From: a virus
Lineage: Duplodnaviria; Caudoviricetes
Reading direction: 5' to 3' (one strand)
DNA: 32,941 bases
IMG/VR virus record: IMGVR_UViG_3300036985_002114
Coordinates: 1-32,941 of that record
Shown: positions 28,222 to 32,941 of the stretch, in pieces
How the letters are laid out: each line of letters begins with the position of its first letter
How positions within the stretch are numbered: the first letter of the stretch is position 1
Program-made: the position numbers and the translations under genes
Notes under the pieces: generated by a model
Seen by the model: only the letters and a program-made list of their open reading frames with translations
Databases searched by the model: none
Told to the model about the DNA's origin: nothing

Positions 28222-29146
28222 CAATTTTATCGGAATCCGTTGTGTTTCCCAAACAACCCCAAAATCGGGTTTGTACATTGACGACCTGGAAGGAATCAAC
28301 ATCCGACGCGCCGCAGACATGGCGGATTCGGGTTTTTCATCCGGCGTTCAATTACTTGAATCAAAAATCAACTTTGCCACCCAATTGATTTTGGATGACA
28401 TGGCGCGTTATGCCATGCCACATTTCCGAATGAATTCGTTGGTTGATGAATTGAAGGTTGGCGAATGGGAAAACGCATGGAACACACCGGCGCCATTTGA
28501 CCGGGGGGTTCGTATTCAAACAAGGGATTCGCGGATGTTACGCGTCCGCGTTCAATCCGTCAAAATCAAAATTCAACAAACTTTATATTCGGGAAACGTT
28601 GACATTTTTGATGGATTGTCAATCACATCGTTCATGTTTACAACGGACCAATTAGGTGACGCCGAAATTTTCCCCAATTATTTGTCGCAGACCAACGAAA
28701 TATTTGTGACCATGGACAACACGGTCATCGACACCAACAAAACCAAGGTGAAAGGGGGTTGCAATTGTTCAACGAAAAAAAGCGAATTTTTGATTGGAAA
28801 CGGATGGACCGGAACAACAACCGCCCAAACATCGTTTGGGTTGATTGTTGGGGCCGCCGCCGAATGTAGCGTGGATGAAATCGGTTGTGTGATTGCTCAA
28901 AAATTACGTTTTCCGATTTTGTACCGGGCCGGAATGGAAATTGCAAAAGAGGCATTGACGACCGACCGGTTGAATTCAATCACATTGCTCGATTCCGACA
29001 CATGGAATTTTTGCCTGGAGAATTGGACCAAAGAATTTGACATGCAAATGAAAACGGCCATTCAGCAATTGCCCGAATTGTTTTCAAGGATGGACGACAT
29101 TTGTGTGATTTGCAACCAATCCCGTTATGTCCAAGGCGCCCCATAA
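28205..29146 (+). CDS. Virion structural protein (possibly head-tail connector)
   Basis: MASCFDNFIGIRC start; Cys-rich like the other structural genes. Function inferred from context. Confidence 0.5.
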   Translation: MASCFDNFIGIRCVSQTTPKSGLYIDDLEGINIRRAADMADSGFSSGVQLLESKINFATQLILDDMARYAMPHFRMNSLVDELKVGEWENAWNTPAPFDRGVRIQTRDSRMLRVRVQSVKIKIQQTLYSGNVDIFDGLSITSFMFTTDQLGDAEIFPNYLSQTNEIFVTMDNTVIDTNKTKVKGGCNCSTKKSEFLIGNGWTGTTTAQTSFGLIVGAAAECSVDEIGCVIAQKLRFPILYRAGMEIAKEALTTDRLNSITLLDSDTWNFCLENWTKEFDMQMKTAIQQLPELFSRMDDICVICNQSRYVQGAP

Positions 29147-29158
29147 AAATGTAAAAAA

Positions 29159-29239
29159 ATGAAATGTAATTGTTCAAAACCTTCGCGCCCGTCGCGCCCG
29201 TCGCGTCCGGTGACGTCGCGTCCGCGTCCAAAATATTAG
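29159..29239 (+). CDS. 26-aa Pro/Arg-rich peptide (not in ORF track)
   Basis: MKCNCSKPSRPSRPSRPVTSRPRPKY; A-rich leader TAAAAAAATG; 9-bp repeats in frame. Confidence 0.55.
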   Translation: MKCNCSKPSRPSRPSRPVTSRPRPKY

Positions 29240-29286
29240 TGTAACAAAAGGACCATTGGCCGCGTATATGAACCACCACCCGGAAC

Positions 29287-29733
29287 ATGTACACATCAAA
29301 AAAAAAATCGCCAATGGTTTTTTCTATCGTTTTCGCCGGCCTAATTGCCGGGACCATGTCCGCGTTTGTCAACGATTGGATATTTGACCCGTCAATTTCA
29401 TATTTCACCCTCGTTGGATTAATTGCCGCCGACCATTTGTCGGGTTCATATTTGGCGTTTAAACACAACCGATTCGACACCCGTGTGGCGCTTCGCATTT
29501 TTTGGACGTTGTTGTCACATACGGCGTTGTTGATGTTTTCCACCAATTTGAGCAAAGGGGCCGACGTTCTTTTTTGGTTGAATGAAGCCGTGTTCGTTCC
29601 AATTGTAATTGTGAATTTGATGTCGTTGGTCAAAAATTTGGCATTGTTGGGTTGGATAAAAAAAGGATTTGCCCGAATGATTACGGACAAAATTGACAAT
29701 TACAAAAACGAATATTTGGAGGTAAAAAAATGA
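29287..29733 (+). CDS. Holin (phage holin family 4-like)
   Basis: Several transmembrane segments, LIAADHLSG motif, charged C-terminus; coupled to the spanin candidate. Confidence 0.7.
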   Translation: MYTSKKKSPMVFSIVFAGLIAGTMSAFVNDWIFDPSISYFTLVGLIAADHLSGSYLAFKHNRFDTRVALRIFWTLLSHTALLMFSTNLSKGADVLFWLNEAVFVPIVIVNLMSLVKNLALLGWIKKGFARMITDKIDNYKNEYLEVKK

Positions 29734-30146
29734 AAAAAATCATGTTGTTTTTTGCAGTCATTGCGTTGACGGTTTCGTCATGCCAACGACACATGTCAAA
29801 ATATCCATGTTATATTGAAAAGGAATGGACGACGACAATGGTCAAAGACACCGTTATTCACATCAATGGCGCCCGGATGGACACCGTTGTGGCGTTTGAT
29901 GGCCGCGACACCGTTTTCATCTTTGACCATGACACCCGGATTGAAACAATGATTCGTTGGTTGCCTGGGGATTCAATATTTGTGGAAACCAAATGTCCAT
30001 CCGATACCGTTCGGGTGGAAAATTACCACACCGAAACGGTCCGGACCATTGTTGTCAATGAAGAAACAAAACGTTGGTTGTGGTTGATTCCGTCCATTAT
30101 TGTGCTTATCTTAGCAATGTTCACAATCCACAAAATGTTCAAATGA
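29730..30146 (+). CDS. Lipoprotein with C-terminal transmembrane helix; unimolecular spanin candidate
   Basis: Signal peptide and lipobox MKKIMLFFAVIALTVSS-C; beta-rich middle; WLWLIPSIIVLILAMFTI near the C-terminus. Confidence 0.7.
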   Translation: MKKIMLFFAVIALTVSSCQRHMSKYPCYIEKEWTTTMVKDTVIHINGARMDTVVAFDGRDTVFIFDHDTRIETMIRWLPGDSIFVETKCPSDTVRVENYHTETVRTIVVNEETKRWLWLIPSIIVLILAMFTIHKMFK

Positions 30147-30583
30147 CGTCGCAAGAGTTCGCCAAAAAAATCCAAACAACCGTCACCAACATTGAACGCG
30201 ACATTCCCAACCTTTTGTTGTTGGGGGGAAAACTTTTGGAAGGTGAAATGAAACAACGCATTTTTAACAATGGGGGGGACGCCGAAGGTGGCAAAATTGG
30301 AAAATACAAATCCAAAGCATGGATAAAAAAACGGAGCGACACGGGCCGCCAAACGGGCGAAGTTGATTTGGAATTCACCGGTTCTTTGAGGGATTCAATT
30401 CAAGTTGTCAAAAGTGGCCGCGAGGTATTTTTGGCCGTTACCAATTCGACCGATTATGTCAAAGCGAAAGGCCAGGAGGCCAGGCGCAAAAAACAAATAT
30501 TTGTTCCAAGTGACGCCGAAAGGCGAAGCGTTGAAAATTATTTGAATGATTTGATATCGGACCAGGTATTGAAGTATTTTTGA
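30143..30583 (+). CDS. Neck / tail-completion morphogenesis protein
   Basis: VDLEFTGSLRDSI motif of Mu gpG / HK97 gp10-like proteins. Confidence 0.65.
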   Translation: MTSQEFAKKIQTTVTNIERDIPNLLLLGGKLLEGEMKQRIFNNGGDAEGGKIGKYKSKAWIKKRSDTGRQTGEVDLEFTGSLRDSIQVVKSGREVFLAVTNSTDYVKAKGQEARRKKQIFVPSDAERRSVENYLNDLISDQVLKYF

Positions 30584-30586
30584 GTT

Positions 30587-31153
30587 ATGGAACATTTGAT
30601 TTGTTTGATTGCCGAATCCATTCATTCGGTTATTCCCGTTTTGACCAAATCCGTTTTTTTGGCAAAGTTGGACGATGACGGGCGTGTTTTGGTTCGTGAC
30701 GTGAATTCAAACGAATATCATTTCGCCGGAATCCATGACCAGGATTCCGCATATTTTTATATTCGGTTCCGAAACAATGGGCGGATTGAATATCAAACGC
30801 CATCGACAAACAAAAAATTCACGGGAATTCAATCGTTTTTCCAAATCCGATACCAATTGCGCGTTGTGGCATGTCTTAGGGCGGCCAATCCATGGACGTT
30901 GGAGGAACAATTAAGGGCCGCCGTAATGAACGCAAATTTGCCGTCAACGGCGACGTTTGCCAATGTTTCAATTGTTCCGGTGGAATCCATCATTGACCCC
31001 GTGACGGTTGTCATTGAAGAGTCGCCGCAGAAAAAAGGCCGGGCGTTTGATAAAAATTTGACGTTTGTGGCGTTTGACTTTGATTTGATTGGCGACCGCG
31101 ACATGGCGTTGGAAAATTATTGTGCGAACCCATGCGATGGTCCGGCGTGTTGA
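30587..31153 (+). CDS. Structural protein, possibly tail terminator
   Basis: Follows the neck gene; Cys-rich C-terminus. Confidence 0.45.
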   Translation: MEHLICLIAESIHSVIPVLTKSVFLAKLDDDGRVLVRDVNSNEYHFAGIHDQDSAYFYIRFRNNGRIEYQTPSTNKKFTGIQSFFQIRYQLRVVACLRAANPWTLEEQLRAAVMNANLPSTATFANVSIVPVESIIDPVTVVIEESPQKKGRAFDKNLTFVAFDFDLIGDRDMALENYCANPCDGPAC

Positions 31154-31154
31154 T

Positions 31155-31162
31155 TATCTTTG
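31155..31162 (+). promoter_or_regulatory. TAnnTTTG -7 box
   Basis: TATCTTTG in a 27-bp intergenic gap. Confidence 0.45.
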
Positions 31163-31180
31163 AAATAAATTCGAAACGAT

Positions 31181-31489
31181 ATGAATTGCGGATGTTCCAA
31201 ACACATTGGTTGTTTTGCACCAAACCAAACGATTGATTTCGGCGTTGTCGCGCCGTGCGAAGATACCTACACTTTTGAAATTTGGGGGCCAACGGGAACG
31301 TTTGCAACCATTGAAGTGGAATTCGAATTGGGCGACAATTTGGTTTTGCCCATGACGTTCAACGAAAACGCCACAACCACAATCAAAATTCGGGTTCCGG
31401 ATTGCGCCGTTGTTCCTGGATGGCATTATTTCACAACATCGGATGGCGCGTGTTCATGGAGTGTTGACGGAATTTCACCGGTTTGTTGA
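31181..31489 (+). CDS. Small Cys-rich beta protein
   Basis: MNCGCSKHIGC...SPVC; 102 aa. Confidence 0.7.
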   Translation: MNCGCSKHIGCFAPNQTIDFGVVAPCEDTYTFEIWGPTGTFATIEVEFELGDNLVLPMTFNENATTTIKIRVPDCAVVPGWHYFTTSDGACSWSVDGISPVC

Positions 31490-31908
31490 TGGAAAAAATT
31501 CGCAAAATATTGAATGAGTTCACCGGTTATGGTTTGGGAATCATGACCGGTTTGGGGTTGGCCATTTTCACCGAACACGGGGAAATGTTTCAATCCGTTA
31601 TGTTGGCCGGATTGGTTGGCATTGTGGCCGGGGCGTTGACGATATACATTGACTTTATTATTCAACCAGGCCAAATATTTGGTTTTTATACAAAGTTTTT
31701 GGAACGCGTCGTCAAACATCCAAAAAACCCGTTTGCGTTTTTATATAAACCAATGGGCGGATGTCTTTATTGCATGAACACATGGGTGGCCTTTGGCGTG
31801 TATTGTTTGGTTTCGTACAACATCGGATTGACGATGTGGTTGATTGTGCCATGTGCGGCCATTTCCCATGTAACGGTTTCCATATTGGAACCAATTGTAA
31901 ACGGATAG
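31489..31908 (+). CDS. Multi-pass membrane protein with CxxCxxxW motif
   Basis: About four hydrophobic segments; KPMGGCLYCMNTW, reminiscent of DUF1360-type proteins. Confidence 0.65.
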   Translation: MEKIRKILNEFTGYGLGIMTGLGLAIFTEHGEMFQSVMLAGLVGIVAGALTIYIDFIIQPGQIFGFYTKFLERVVKHPKNPFAFLYKPMGGCLYCMNTWVAFGVYCLVSYNIGLTMWLIVPCAAISHVTVSILEPIVNG

Positions 31909-31950
31909 AATCGTGATTGATAGTTATTGATTAGTTATGTTTAATTGAAG

Positions 31951-31977
31951 AGGCCCGAAAACGTTCGGGCCTTTTTT
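31951..31977 (+). terminator. Rho-independent terminator ending the late operon
   Basis: AGGCCCGAA-AACG-TTCGGGCCT followed by a T run. Confidence 0.9.
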
Positions 31978-32020
31978 ATGCCCAACATGCCCGTGTTAAA
32001 AACTTTTTTTTTAAAAATAG

Positions 32021-32050
32021 TTGCGGAAACAAAAAAGACGTGTATATTTG
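32021..32050 (+). promoter_or_regulatory. Early promoter, Bacteroidota consensus
   Basis: TTG at 32021-32023, 19-bp spacer, TATATTTG at 32043-32050; AT-rich upstream region; follows the terminator. Confidence 0.75.
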
Positions 32051-32090
32051 TCAAACAATTACAAACAACAACAATTTAAAACACAAAGCA

Positions 32091-32321
32091 ATGAGCGCAT
32101 TTTTTTCAAACACTAAGACAATCAACGTTTATGATGGTTCTTATCAAGTTAGTAGCGAAACGACAATCGAAGCCGTAAGCCACGGACAAATTTTTGAACT
32201 TTTAGAGCGTAATGAAAAATATCGCCCGTCTAATTATTGGGCGGAAGTTATTTTTAACAATACACATACGCGATTCACATTGAATAACGGCGAATTATCA
32301 GTAAGATATTTTACCCTTTAA
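32091..32321 (+). CDS. First early gene, 76-aa hypothetical protein
   Basis: ATG after an A/C-rich leader downstream of the early promoter; atypical dinucleotide composition. Confidence 0.7.
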   Translation: MSAFFSNTKTINVYDGSYQVSSETTIEAVSHGQIFELLERNEKYRPSNYWAEVIFNNTHTRFTLNNGELSVRYFTL

Positions 32322-32391
32322 AAAAACCAACGAGGGGCGCGGCTCAACAACGCGCACAAACAACAAAATCAACATCAAAAATCAAAATCAA

Positions 32392-32889
32392 ATGTACACA
32401 ATCACAATTTCAAACATGTTCAATTCGGATTCACGTTCATTCGAATTCAACGACGCCAAAACGGCCATGTCGCGTTTCCGCGAACACATGGACGCCAACA
32501 ACATCAATGATTGTCATTTTTACGATGACGCATACAAAAATTTATTGACGGACCCGGCGACAAATGGCGAATTGGACATCATGATGGCCGGCGGCGTTGG
32601 TCATGACGTCCGTATTGAAATGACGGTGACAAAACCGTTTTCCGCCATTCAGTCCAATGACATTTTGAATTTGGACCGCGTCAAAGCGAAGTTGCATCAA
32701 TTAGGCGCGCGCCTGGTTGCAATCAACGACGACGTGAACATGGAATTTTGGCAATTCGAAAACCGGATGTTCATTTTGCAAACCACCGGACGCGAATTCC
32801 AATTGTTTTGTTCGATGGAATTTCCAACCATGGATTCGGCCATTCGTCAAATCGAAAATATTTGTCGCACCCAAAAATTCATGGCATGA
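32392..32889 (+). CDS. Early hypothetical protein (165 aa)
   Basis: All five differences between its two partial copies are synonymous in this frame. Confidence 0.88.
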   Translation: MYTITISNMFNSDSRSFEFNDAKTAMSRFREHMDANNINDCHFYDDAYKNLLTDPATNGELDIMMAGGVGHDVRIEMTVTKPFSAIQSNDILNLDRVKAKLHQLGARLVAINDDVNMEFWQFENRMFILQTTGREFQLFCSMEFPTMDSAIRQIENICRTQKFMA

Positions 32890-32941
32890 ACAACCAGGCA
32901 GAAAAAAACCGGGGCGACATGGCCCCGGTTCCAAACATTGT
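32536..32941. repeat. Right copy of the 406-bp terminal overlap
   Basis: Direct repeat of 1-406. Confidence 0.97.

Noticed and set aside
28980-29699. Long minus-strand ORFs (also 4909-5448, 9252-9794, 21650-22174 and many others)
   Set aside because: They shadow well-supported + strand genes. Scarcity of CTA on the + strand removes many antisense stops, and they show no recognisable motifs.
1-32941. TAG stop-codon reassignment
   Set aside because: Genes tile the genome under the standard code, and TAG ends 31489-31908 just before a terminator. TAG rarity follows from AG depletion.

Overview
The window is an apparently complete, circularly permuted tailed dsDNA phage genome (siphovirus-like). 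It is about 32,535 bp plus a 406-bp end overlap: 1-406 repeats at 32536-32941 with 5 synonymous differences. All supported genes lie on the + strand and many are coupled by ATGA overlaps. TAnnTTTG promoter boxes and A-rich, Shine-Dalgarno-free start regions point to a Bacteroidota host. Gene order: small early genes; Bet-type recombinase; replication initiator with iteron-like repeats; SSB; terminase small and large subunits; tail chaperone with a -1 frameshift; tape measure; tail-tip proteins; portal; MuF-like minor head protein fused to a HExxH peptidase; scaffold; major capsid; tail tube; then amidase, holin and u-spanin interleaved with neck genes. I recognise no integrase, DNA polymerase, methyltransferase, tRNA or CRISPR array. 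The most striking signals are (1) a genome-wide depletion of the AG/CT dinucleotide and apparently of GATC, (2) Cys-rich outer virion proteins against Cys-free internal ones, (3) a MuF-metallopeptidase with a coupled small ORF, (4) an unannotated Pro/Arg-rich peptide in the lysis region and (5) a structured leader before the capsid gene. All function calls come from motif recognition by eye, and counts are hand counts on sampled windows.
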